Source: Podarcis cretensis (taxonomy: Eukaryota). From it: DNA of 64,000 bases. Numbering within the stretch: the first letter of the stretch is position 1; each line of letters opens with the position of its first letter. The position numbers were made by a program, and so were the translations under genes. Below are positions 18,593 to 31,245 of the stretch, piece after piece. The notes beneath the pieces were generated by a model, which had not been told where the DNA came from, ran no database searches, and worked only from the letters and a program-made list of their open reading frames with translations. The DNA lies in the NCBI GenBank assembly GCA_951804945.1, contig OX638165.1, positions 15,438,001 to 15,502,000 on the forward strand, in the 5' to 3' direction.

Positions 18593-19108
18593 TGTCATGA
18601 AATTCTACTCAATATTGATCCAGAGCAGAACTCCAGGGTATAGTTAGCAGGGTAAAACTTAAACATGTTGCAGGATTCCAAAAAAATAGACCAGCAGCAA
18701 TTATATTTCAGCCAGCAGAGCTTTACTGCTACTGAAAGCAAATGAGCATAATGGTCACAAATCCAATACATTCAGGATTGGCCCTGTCCATAAGAAATCC
18801 AGTTACAGCAGACTTAACTTAAACTTACAATAATTTATAAGACTAAACCTTAATCCTTTATACAGAACACCACACCAGAAAGAAGAGAGATGGAAAGAGA
18901 AAGTCGGGGTCTGGGATTGCCACCATGGAAGGGCAAGGGAGGAACGGCGGTGAGGGCAGATATTATTGGCGAAGGATTTTGCGATGTGGTGATGCTTGAA
19001 CCCCTTCCAATCTACACCCCATCCCAAGGGACATGGGTAGGGTGAGCAGGGATTACCCACCTCTGTCATTGGTGCTGTGTGCAATGAAATGTGATAAAAT
19101 CAATGACA
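18593..19108. repeat. LTR-like dispersed repeat; related copy at ~38836-39130
   Basis: ~250 bp shared with 38836-39075; TGTCAT...ATGACA ends; no TSD found. Confidence 0.5.
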
Positions 19109-19299
19109 ATAAAAGCAATTTCCAATCCAATATAAATTTATTTATATTGGGATTTAAAAACAAACAAACAAAAAAACACCACTTAATATTTATTTCATTT
19201 CATTTGTGAAAATTTTCCCCAAAGCAGGTTTTTAAAAATCAAGTACAATGGCATCTAACATTTCCCTTGAAATGCAGTGGAAGCCATTCCTTAGAGCGA

Positions 19300-19868
19300 A
19301 GATGTCCTCTTTCTGTCGTTGCTCACAGATTTCGTTACAGTTCTTCCGCTCCACCCATCGAAGCCGGCTCTTGCGCCTTGAGGACTAGAAACATGCTTTT
19401 GCGAAGACGGCGCTCAGGCTTCCAACGCTGCCCTGGGCCGATTCCTGCGCCCGTGGGGCAACTGGCAAGAGGAAGGCGAGATACCCTGGCCCAAGCCAGA
19501 TGGTCCCATAGCACCGGGGCGCCGACCTTAACGCGCGCTTTCTGCCCGGGCGTGCGCGGCGCCTTTGGGATTCAACCCTGCTGCCCTTTGCAGGGGAGGC
19601 TGGGCGATGAGGGCTGCGAACAGCTGGCCAGGAAAGGGTGTTCGCTGGGAGCTAAGTGGAACCAGATGTTGGGTGGAATCCTTTTGGCAACTCCGGCTGC
19701 CTGGCGGGGGGCCAGGAATTCAGCGTGGGGGGCTGGAGAGGGGAGCCAGCGCACAGTCTCCCAGGGAGCCCGCGCCTAACACTTCGCGCTCTGCACGCAG
19801 CCGGGATCGGGGCGCGTTTGGAGAAGGCAAGAGAGGGTGCCGGGGGGTGCCAGGCGGCTGCCAGCGTG
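19300..19868 (+). promoter_or_regulatory. CpG island / probable promoter and non-coding exon 1 of EFEMP2
   Basis: CpG- and GC-rich; donor GTG|gtgagt at 19869; first coding exon lies 6.3 kb downstream with a short 5' UTR. Confidence 0.6.
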
Positions 19869-20528
19869 GTGAGTGGCGGGATGTGGGGTTTGGGGGTGGG
19901 GAGGGAGAAGGGGCTGGAGGAAGAAGGAGAAGGCCCGGGCCTGAAAGAGAGAGAGAGAGAGAGAGAGCGTGCGCCAAAGGAAAACATCCCTGCGCACTCT
20001 CCCAAAGTTGGCGATCCCATCCTGGGGAGAGCCCAGATTCATTGCCGTGGGAGGTGCCAGGCAGGCCCCCTCTCACTGTGCCAAGCCAAAGATGTTTGAG
20101 GAGGGGGAGAGAGACCTGATGCTTCCTTTGAACTAAGCGAAAAGTTTCAAGGTGCCTTCTTATATCGGAGACAATGTAGGATCTCGGCTTCTCCAGATCT
20201 CCAGGGATCACTTTGCTTGCCCCCACCCCCGGCATCCTGTGCCCCTCACTCGCTGGGTGAAGGTGGCGGCTCCGTCTAGGCTTGTTTTGCCCTCCTGAAT
20301 TGCTTCTGAAGTTTTCCTCCGCCCAGGGCTTCCAGGGCTGTCCATCCCAGCTTCGGAAACCACAGAGTTTCTTGGGGGGTACAGAGAGAAAAGCTGAAGG
20401 GCTCTGTGGCAGCTGCACATGTGAAAAGGTCCAAAATGTCTCTGGCGTGCTCTCTGCTCAGCTGGTGGGGAAGGTTGGCCTCTGATCTATAGCCTGTGCT
20501 GACCAATGTCTTACCCATACTATATATA

Positions 20529-20893
20529 CCGTATTTTTCGCTCTATAACACGCACCAGACCATAACACGCACGTAGTTTTTAGAGGAGGAAAACAAGAAA
20601 AAAAATATTCTAAACGAAACAGTGGATATATGATTTTTGTGGTTCATGCTGTGGCCACAGACATGTGATCTGACAGTGAGTTTGGAGTAGCCCAATGCAA
20701 AAATCCTGAGGATCCATGTGGATCCATGCTTTGTAACCATGGAGGAGGGAAGGAAAAGGAACCATCGATCCTCTGCTCACGACTGCAGCAGATCCCCCCC
20801 GCCACCCGCAGGCATTCGCTCCATAACACGCACAGACATTTCCCCTTACTTTCTAGGAGGAAAAAAGTGAGTGTTATGGTGCAAAAAATACGG
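20529..20893. mobile_element. Tc1/mariner-pogo-type MITE (CCGTATTTTT termini); relatives at 25485-25639, 35395-35653, 55505-56091
   Basis: Terminal inverted repeats, TA flanks, shared subterminal sequence among copies. Confidence 0.8.
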
Positions 20894-23800
20894 TATATAT
20901 ATTTAAAGCGATGCCTCCTTAACAGCCAGGGCTTTCCTTAAATAAACCTGGGAACTGTACACCAGCTGTGGTGTACCTCACCGTAACTATGCCGGTGCAA
21001 AACAGTGTTAGGTCCAGATTAGGTCGTCATATTTAGAATTAGAATTAAATAAGAAAGTTTGCTGTCAGTGGTGCTTGGTAACATTCGACTTGGTAGGGCT
21101 GCAATTTTTAACCCTGCTGTTTTCATCACAATAGGAGGACTTCATATAGCACTTATTTAGAAATGTGTTCCACATGTATATTAAGATCAGCTTCCTCAAA
21201 AATAGATAACACTGCAAGTGGGGCAGAAGAGATAATATAGCAAATCAAAATTGTATTGATTGCTTTTAAAACTGCATTTCTTTTCAAACTGATTTCTTTT
21301 ATTCCTCCCCCCACCCCCCCAAAAAAAGAATATATGATTCAGTAACTGGGCCAGCATCTTGGGAAAAGAGAAAAGTTGATGTACAACAGACATTGGGGAG
21401 TTATATACCATTTATGAATTGCATGTAGGAACAATTCCTTACATTTTGCTGAAACGGAGTGGAGAGGGGGCTTAGCCCACATTCTCTGCCAGGTGTTGTC
21501 CTCTGTGTCCCAACCCATGTCTTGGCTCCATGCTAATCTTAAACCAAGCTACTTATTCGGTTCCTGTTTCAGTGAAAGTTTACATAACCCAGAAACCAAA
21601 CCCTTCGAGTCATTAGAAGTGGATATAATTTAAGCTCTCAAAATTCGTCGACTTATGGGTTGCAGTGCATTTTCATTGAGCCGTTGTTTAAAAATGCAAA
21701 CATTTGATGCCATGACAACCGTGGGATAGAGGTAGGCCCCAGTTTCTTCTCCATTTCCATCTTCATTGTGGGTTTGCTATTTTTTTATAAAAATCACAGA
21801 GACAGTAAAGTCTCCTAACCCTCCACTCACCCAGATCAAATGTGTGGTTCTGGAAGTCAAATGAGTTAGAGGAAGATTCTGGACAAGGATTCCAAACCAC
21901 CAGTATCAACACTGATACGTCACTTGTAAGAGCCTATTATGAAAGTGAGTTTTATTCTTAAGATTGGATGATAAAAACAAGAATGCACTAAAGGGAATGC
22001 CATTTACCTGCTCAGATTTTTGGGGTGTCCACGACTTAGTACCACCCTCGTTAATCAAAGAGAGGATATGTCTCAGCTGGCTAGCCAAATAATATAGCTG
22101 TAAATTAGGTAAATCCCATCCACCCTCTAACCAAACAATAAACCATTTCCCCCACCCCGATTCTCAGAGATTTTTCATCAAAGGGAAATGGATTAATGTT
22201 TTTCTGCCAAATCCTAAACTGAGTAGAGGGAATTGATGTATTGAATTACTCCTACACATCCATTGCCAGAACACTAAAAACACGAAAGCTTTTGAAATGT
22301 GAGGAACACTTGTTTCTATTCGCATGCGGTTTTCCTCACTGCAAAAATCAGTTTTATTTTTTCATTATCCAAAAGATTTCCTTTTCTAAATTAAAAGAAC
22401 AAAGTATTCCAACCAACGAAAATGATTGTTTCATTTGATCCAGCATGGCTCTGTCCTGAAAATGTGAAGTAATAATCTGTTTATGTGCACCAGAGCAATT
22501 ACAATGTCTTTTTGCTTGTGCACAATGTCCACCTTTTTCTCTCGCTCCTGACTTCGAGGGCACCCTCGCCGTCTTCCCCCTGTCCGCAATGTCCCATATG
22601 ACTCTCTTTGCTCTTTGTCTCCCACCTGCTGACCTGAGCTTTGCAAAAACGCAAAGCTCTTCGGACTTCAGCTCTTATGTACATTTTGAGGGGTGAGTGA
22701 GTCACCGTTCAAACCAGGGTGGAGTTGGCACTGGGTGAGGAAGAGGCTTCCTGGGCACCAGGAAAAGTCCTGCACCCATGGGTGCCATCTCTCTGACCCC
22801 AGCTAGGCGCATTTGTCCCAGACAAATGTGCAGCCTTCGACTTGACGGTGGTGGGAACTCGCTCGCCCTCTGTCCTCATTTGCCCCCAAGGAGACTGCTT
22901 CTGGTGACCTGGAACTCCCAGGGCCTCAACTCTTTCTTGGCACCCATGGAGGTGCCCTATTCAACCATCGGCACCCCTGCTTTCCTCCGAGAGGCTGGCT
23001 GTCGCCTCATCCACTCTTCCTGCGAGACCCAGAGGATGCTTGATGATGGGGTTTAGCCGTGCCCGAGGCAAAACTCAGCGAGTTGGCTGTATTTTAGGTA
23101 TATATACATTAGCCCAAACAAGAGTTATATTTAGCACTGCCTGGAGACCATTTCTGCCTTGAAGCAACATTCAACACACGGGGCCCTTTCATCACCTGAA
23201 AGAGGTGCATTCCTGCAATAACAAGCCAAGACCCAGACCTGCATTTATTCCTAACTACTCCTTTGATACTGACTCAATTCTAGTGCTCAGGGGACGGTGC
23301 AATTGCAAGTGGGGAGGAGAGCTGTTCTTGCCCTCGGATCCTGTTTGCAGGGGGTGGGCATGTGATTGGCCCCTGTGCTGGGCGAGATACTGGCGTCTTA
23401 GTTATATGTTTTTAGGTGCCAGGCAAAAAACGTTCCTCCTAATCGACCAGGCCTTTGGCTGATTAATATTTGACAGCCTTTTAAATGTGTTTGTGGGAGG
23501 GGGGTATTGCTATGTTGTTTTAACTGTTCATTTGTTGCTTTTTCCTTGTATTTTTATTTTGGAGATCTTTTGATGAAGGGTGGTATATCAGGCAATCAAT
23601 CAATGATGCGTCTCATCCAGCACGGCTCCTCTTCTTTACGCTAGGTTCCCCATCTCCTCTCTGATGGAATGTTATCTCTGCCTTGCCAGGTTTTGTTCTG
23701 TTTTTAATGAAAGGCTGGAGGAGGAGGAGGAGGAGGCAGAGCTGGATTGGAGTCAGGGCCTGGCAGGGAGTCAGGGGCCTGATCCGAGTCAGGGAGGTGA

Positions 23801-24629
23801 CATGCCCGATATCTGCAATGTGAAAAGGGACAAACCTTTTGGTCTATGGTTTTTAAAGCAATCAATACAAATTTGAACTGCTATGTTATTCCTCCTGCCC
23901 ACCTTGCAGTGCTATCTAGTTTTGAGGAAGCTGATCTTAGAGTATATAATAAAAAGCTAGTTGTTCTGTTTGGGATGGCACAATGGCTCGTTTCTGGAGA
24001 GATCCAAATGGTGCCAGTACTTCTTTTTGGTATTCTGAAGTTTGGGAACTTCATTTAGAAAAGTTGACCAACAAACTATGCATTTCCAGAGGGAAAATGC
24101 GAAAAGGATAGATTTTCAGGGGTTTGGTTTCATTTTATTAAATATATCATAGTCTGTTACCTCCCTCTGCTTATTATCAATGGATTGGGTTGAGTAAAAA
24201 ATATATTTTTCCTCTTTTAAGATTAATCCCACCCATGACAGCAGTGGGTTTTATTTTATTTTACCTTTAAAACTATACCCAGCCTTTTATTCTCTGGTGC
24301 CAGCCTGATGTGTCTTTTTCTTGCTGTCGTTGAGGTTAGCTCAATAAATAAACTAAACAAAATAGAGGAGTTGTCTGCTCCAATTCCAGTGCAATAATAA
24401 AGAAGGGTGAGCATGAGAGGGCCTTGCCATTGTCCTTCTACTGTTAGTAGCACCTGAACTGCAAATTTGGGAGCCCATATTTCATCCTAGGGTGCTCCTA
24501 GGCAGGGGATTAATATTTCAAATGGGTCTGTCAGTTATTGCAAACAGACCGTTGGCAACAAGTGATTTTTTTATAAAAAAAGGTTCTGGATTTTCCACAA
24601 AAATAGTAAATTTGAATTAAATGGGGGAG

Positions 24630-24985
24630 GGAATTAGAGTGGCGCTTGTGGCTTAAACCACAGAGCCTAGGACTTGCCAATCAGAAGGTCGGCGGTTCGA
24701 ATCCCCGCCACGGGGCGAGCTACCGTTGCTCGGTCCCTGCTCCTGCCAACCTAGCAGTTCAAAAGCACGTCAAGTGCAAGTAGATAAATAGGTACCGCTC
24801 TGGTGGGAAGGTAAACGGCGTTTCCGTGCGCTGCTCTGGTTCGCCAGAAGTGACTCAGTCATGCTGGCCACATCACCCGGAAGCTGTACGCCGGCTCCCT
24901 CGGCCAATAAAGCGAGATGAGTGCTGCAACTCCAGAGTCGGCCACGACTGGACCTAATGGTCAGGGGTCCCTTTACCCTTTAGCT
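24630..24985 (+). mobile_element. Sauria (POM/Squam1-type) SINE
   Basis: GTGGCGCT..GGTTAAACCACAGAGCCTAGGACTTGCC head and (ACCTTT)n tail. Confidence 0.88.
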
Positions 24986-26170
24986 TTTATGTTGATGCCA
25001 ACGCAGTCATGTGGGCCCTGCGAACAGCTTGCATGAATGAGGAGAGCACCACTCCTGCAATAAGCACCCCTCTGGAAGCAACCCTAGTCGCAGCCATCCT
25101 TGCTTCTACAGTAAGATATATTGGATTTCTGTTTTAAATCGCAGTGATCATTTCTAAATTGTTGCCCACGCATATGAAATGTTGATCTGCAGATTCTGAA
25201 GCTAAGTCTGGATCAGGAAGCTTGTTCTTCTAATCCCTGGGAGCTGGGAGCTCCCTGTACTTACTTTTCTGGGGTAGTTCACTGGAAGCTGCCGGGGGGA
25301 TTACAGTGGACTTTGCATCATACACTGCCTGATGCGGTATAGTGGCTAAGAGACTAGCTCATGGCTTGTCTGGAGAGAGGACATTCTCCCTAGCCACACC
25401 CCCTCTCTGCAGGTCACACCCCTCACTGCCACTGCTTTGCACCCTCCTTTAGTTCCGACCATCCCTTCTCCTAGCTTGAATATACCGTAATTTTCTGTGT
25501 ATAACACGCCTCCATGTATAAGACACCCCCTACTTTGGGGGACTCCAAATTATGAAAATATTACTATCTGTGTATAAGAAGACCCCCCCCCCCATTTTTA
25601 ACAGTAAAAAAAACTAGTCTTATACACGGAAAAGTACGGTAAATTCTGCCCCTGCCTTTTGCTTGCATTGAAGGAAGGAGAGAGAGAGAGAGAGGTCTGT
25701 GTGCAGAAACTGGTCTTTTGCAGCCCTCTCTGGCACTGCATGCAAAGCAGGTGCTTGGCCACTGAACTCTGCGGATCGTTTCCTTTAAAATCTCGTATTT
25801 CAATTTCCCCCCTTTTCTACCCTACCTTATGAACAGCTCCTGATAACTCAGAAGTCTGCCTATCTCCAACTTGGGAACAAGCACCTTGAGTTGCCACCTG
25901 GGCGTAATATCCACCCATTCTTCTACTTTTCAGTCCTGCTCAGCCCTGTAAAGGTTTTCTCTTGGGAAGAGATGCGCTCTGCACATGCACAGAGGCTCTT
26001 AGTGTCTCAGTACTATGGAGAGCATCCAAAAAGCAGCCTCCCTTTTGGGACATGGAAAGGCGGTCACTTGGCACCCCACTTTGCGTCTTGCCTACCATTC
26101 GGGCAAATAACTGCTGCGTGCTGTCACTGCCCTTAACCTCTAACCGGCCTCCTTTCCCCCAGGCAGAACA

Positions 26171-29100
26171 ATGAGGTCTGTTTCATGTCTCCTCTTGGCA
26201 ACGCTTCTGAGAGCTGCAGTTTCACAGGAACTGGAGGAACCCGACACTTACACGGTAAATGGCCTGGGCCTCCCACCATGCTGGAGTGGATGCTGTAGGG
26301 CAGGGGGGGGGTTCCAGCTGCAAAACAGGCATGCAGACACACACACACACAGAGGTGCTCCCAGGAGGTGGTTGTTAATGCTGCTCAGCTTCCATGCAAG
26401 AGATGCATCCTCATCTGGGGTGGAGCATGACAGGGGCTAGAGAGCCAGCGTGGCAGTGAAAGAGGTGGACTAGGAGAACAGGGGGAACCTGAGTTCAAAT
26501 CCCCACTTGGCCGTGAAGCTCACTGCATCATCTGCCACAGACTTTATCTCTCACCATGGCGTAACTCATGGGGCTGTTATTTGGGTCATATGGAGCATCT
26601 TGGAGGAAAGGCGGGCTACAAATGTCACATGTCACAGTGTGGAGTACTTCTGTTTATAGGGTGCCAGCTGCCAAGCCAGCCATGCCTCCTTGCAGGATAC
26701 TCCATTCCATTGCCCTCCCACCCCCAACAGAGTTCCCATAAACCCTCAATAGTCAGTAAGCATTCCATGCTATCTGGGTATCTGGACTGCTTTGGAGCCC
26801 CCTCATTCCAACCCTTTCCGGTTTTTGTTTTCTAAATACAGTGGTACCTTGGGTTACAGACACTTCAGGTTACAGACTCAACTAACCCAGAAATAGTACA
26901 TCAGGTTAAGAACTTTGCTTCAGGATGAGAACAGAAATCGTGCTCCGGCGGAGCGGCAGCAGTGGGAGGCCCCATTAGCTAAAGTGGTACCTCAAGGTTA
27001 GGGACATGGGTGGCGCTGTGGGTTAAACCACAGAGCCTAGGACTTGCCGATCAGAAGGTCGGCGGTTTGAATCCCCGTGACGGGCTGAGCTCCTGTTGCT
27101 CGGTCCCTGCTCCTGCCAACATAGCAGTTTGAAAGCACGTCAAAGTGCAAGTAGATAAATAGATACCATTCCGACAGGAAAGTAAATAGCATTTCCGTGC
27201 GCTGCTCTGGTTCGCCAGAAGTGGCTTAGTCATGCTGGCCACATGACCGGAAGCTGTACACCGGCTCCCTCGGCCAATAAAGCGAGATGAGCGCCGCAAC
27301 CCCAGAGTTGGCCATGACTGGACCTAATGGTGAGGGGTCCCTTTACCTTTACCTTTTACCTCAGGTTAAGAACAGCTTCAGATTAAGAACAGACCTCCAG
27401 AACGAATTAACAGTAATGCCTCTGAGCAAGCGTAGGCCGGAAAATAGAAAGGGGCTCCTGCCCCTTTAATAGTGCACTCCTTGAAATGCCCTGCTCTACA
27501 CTACTATTAAAGGGGCAGGAGCTCCACCCTATTTTGCCTTAGCAGTGGTGATGGTGGTTTCTAGGTCAGTGTTGTTTCTGGGTTAGAGTTGCACACATGC
27601 CAGGCCTTAGCCTCAGAATACATTTTTGATATGTTCTGTAATACGTTGGCTCTTAATGGCCACTAAATATTCATGGGTAGACCAAAAGGAAGAGGACTTG
27701 CAAGACAGAAGACGGTGTTTTAAGCAGGACTGAGCATCCTTCACCGGTTGTCTTGCGGTGTGGCAAAGGGGATGGTAGTCCCCAAGTCGGGGGCCTGATT
27801 GATATCTTTTAACTCATTCCTATATGTCCTCCCTCTGCCCTAGGAATGCACTGACGGCTACCAGTGGGATGCGGAGAGTCAACATTGCAAAGGTACAGCC
27901 TGACATTCCAGATAGCCATCTTGTTGAGGACAGGAATGGGGAAATTGGACAGTTTGGGTTTCTTTTGGTTCCTTATTCTTTCCATTTTAAGGTTTTGTGT
28001 TTTTTTAAAAAGAAAACTCCTCTTGAAAATTTGTGCACATGCGTGAGGTCAAACTGTGGACCGAAATGCATGTATTAGTATAAACACACATGAAAATTTT
28101 TATAGTTTGCCTTCATACATGTTGTTTTCCCAGTTATCGTAAATTTTTTGCATGCTTTTCTCACTTTGGTGCACAATTTCCCCACCAAACATTTCCCCAT
28201 GTTTTTGTGTGCATTCCTTGGTTGGAGAACCACATTTTTAAACAAGGGGAGTGGGGACTGCGAATTTTGAGGGACAGTTTGGTTTCGGTTTACATATTGG
28301 CTTAGGAAGTGCAAGTACAGTGGTGTCTGCATTAACATGTGAGCAGAGCAAATCTCTTCCTCGTACCTGGTTGGGGGAATAATACGCATTGTGGGAGGAG
28401 GGCTGTAGGTCAACCTGGGGTGAGCCTCCCATCCTCTTGGGTGTCTTTGTTGGCACCCTAGTGCCTAGAGACCAAGGATGGGGAACCTTGGGCCCAGGGA
28501 CCAAATGTAGCCCTGCAGCACTCTCTTGGGTCTCTCCCCAGCCACACCCCCTAACTGTCCAGGCTCCCCACCTTTCTTGAGTGTTTTTCTCTGGCCATAA
28601 TGTGTCCTTGCATGCTGACGAAGCCTCTTTCTGGCCTGGGTGGAAGCTAGAGAGAGTCTGTAGAAACCAGCCTACAGGCAAAATTTACATCTGTAGCCCT
28701 GCCCACTTTTACCTCTGTCCAACCGCTGCTGTCCTGCGGCCCTCAGGAGATTGCCCAGAAGGGAATGTGGCTCTCAGGCTGTGGCACAGGCTGGGTAAGC
28801 AGCAGTGTTAAAAGCTCAGATACATCAGCCAGGCACCAAATGGCTCCTTAAACCAAGGTTTCAATCACCAAAACAGAATGTCTAAAGTCTTATAAAGTCT
28901 TATTTTTCAAAAGATGGATTGACTGTGATTGATTAACATCTGGCTGGTTCAGATGACAGCCTTAAGCCTCGGTTAAGAACTTTGAGAACTTAAAGAAGAA
29001 AAGTCCCTTGATCCAAAGACAGTCAACAGATATATTGGCCTCTTCCGACTTCTTTTTATTAACAGCGACTGCACAGTCGCTGCTCTGGCTGCACAGAAAA

Positions 29101-29890
29101 AGCATTTGGGTTCCTGAAATTCATTCCAATTGTGCAGATAAAATATACGGTAAGTGTTAGAATTCTACAGCATGCGGGATTAGTGTGTGAAAACAGTCCA
29201 GAACCAAGATCTTAGATGATGGAGATGTCATGCGCCATCCTGGCACCCAGGCATCCTCACTTGGTCACAAGTGGTTGGAAGCTAGGTGCAAAAGGCACCT
29301 GGCTAATTTAAACACTGGTTCCTAAGTGGTGACAGTGGCAAGGAGTTCAGGCATCGCTGGGGTTGTCTTGGCCTAAGGCCTCCACTGAACGTGGAAACAG
29401 CATTGGCTAGGATGTCTCCTACAGCGAGCTGGAACTGACAAGAAGAAGGAGAGAGCCTGGGTGCCCACCTCCCCCCGTCTCCCCCTTATCCTGCCCCCAC
29501 CTGACTCTGCTTCCTTCCTCTTCCTCCCACGCCACCCGCCTGCCAGATGTGAACGAGTGCGAGACCATCCCCCATGCCTGCAAAGGGGAGATGAAGTGCA
29601 TCAACCATTATGGGGGGTACCTGTGCCTCCCCCGCTCGGCCTCTGTGATCAACGACGTGAACTCCGAAAGGGCCCCTCCCCCCAGCCCCCCCAGGCCCAG
29701 GCCCCCCCAGCAGGCCCAGTACTTCGTACAGAACAACTGCCCCCAGGGCTACGAGCCGGACAGACAAGGATCCTGCATGGGTGAGTAGGGTGGCAGCAGC
29801 AACCCGGAGGGCGAGGGAGGAGGGGAGATCTCAGGGCATGGGGGATGTTTAGCCTAGAGGAGACTTGAGAGGGGGGGACATGATAGCCAT

Positions 29891-29931
<41 letters not shown>

Positions 29932-31200
29932 GATAGATATCTGAAGGGCTGTTGTCCCATGGAAGATGGAACAAGCTTGTTTTCCGCTCCTCCACTCCTC
30001 CTGAGTGAGACCCAAACTAACGGATTCAAAATAAAAGAACTGAGATTCCGACTAAACATTAGGAGGGACTTTCCTGCGGTAAATGCTGTTTGACAGTGGA
30101 ACAGACACTCTCAGAAGTTGGTGGAGGTTTTTAATCAGTGGTTGGATTCTTCTTAAGGGACAGGGGTGGCGCTGTGGGTTAAACCACAGAGCCTAGGACT
30201 TGCCGATCAGAAGGTCGGCGGTTTAATCCCCGTGACGGGGTGAGCTCCCGTTGCTCTGTCCTTGCCCCTGCCAGCCTAACAGTTTGAAAGCACGTCAAAG
30301 TGCAAGTAGATAAATAGGTACCGCTCCGGCGGGAAGGTAAACGGCGTTTCCGTGCGCTACTCTGGTTCGCCAGAAGCAGCTTAGTCATGCTGGCCACATG
30401 ACCCGGAAGCTGTACGCCGGCTCCCTTGGCCAATAAAGTGAGATGAGCGCCGCAACCCCAGAGTCGGCCATGACTGGACCTAATGGTCAGCGGTCCCTTT
30501 ACCCTTTACCTATACCTGGATTCTTCTTTTTTTGGCGAACACTCAAAGCCGAGTAAGATTGTCTTCCATAAACACGGTTTTAACAGCGAGTCCGTAAGTG
30601 ACTGTGGAGGCCAATTCTGGATCCACACATCTTTCCACAGTGGGGACATTGGTTTCTGGGCGGGAGTTGATCACAGTGTGGATTTTTCAAGCGTGCCTTC
30701 CTCTTAGCATGTTTCTCCCTTGCATCCTGAGTTCGAGTGTCTTCAAAGCCCATGACACCTTTGGTAAAGGCTGTTCTCCAACTGGAGCGCTCGCAGGCCA
30801 GAGCTTCCCAATTGTTGGTGTTTGTACTACATTTTTAAAGATTTGCCTTGAGACAGTCTTTAAACGTCTTTCGTGACCACCAGCATTACGCTTTCCATTT
30901 TTAAGTGGTGGGCTCTCCTTCCTTGGAGGTTTTTAATCAGAGGTTGGATAGGGCCACCTGTCAAGGGTGCTTTAGTTGCGATTCCTTCATTGCACGGGCT
31001 TGGGCTAGATAACCCTTGGGAGAATTCCTTCTGACTTTACAATCTATGCAGACTGGGGCTCTTTGGGCAGGAAAAAGATGATGTGCAACTTAATTTGAAG
31101 TTATTGCAGTGATTCGGCCTATATCTGACATGCATTTTTAAAAAATGAGCCAGGAGGGGCTGGGTGTTTCTTGGGTGCTGTAGCGTCTTTGGTGAATGGG

Positions 31201-31245
<45 letters not shown>

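Noticed and set aside
19267-20418. Long GC-rich ORFs in the CpG island, and ORFs at 55390-56041 in a MITE
   Set aside because: Explained by GC content and internal inverted repeats; no protein-like signature
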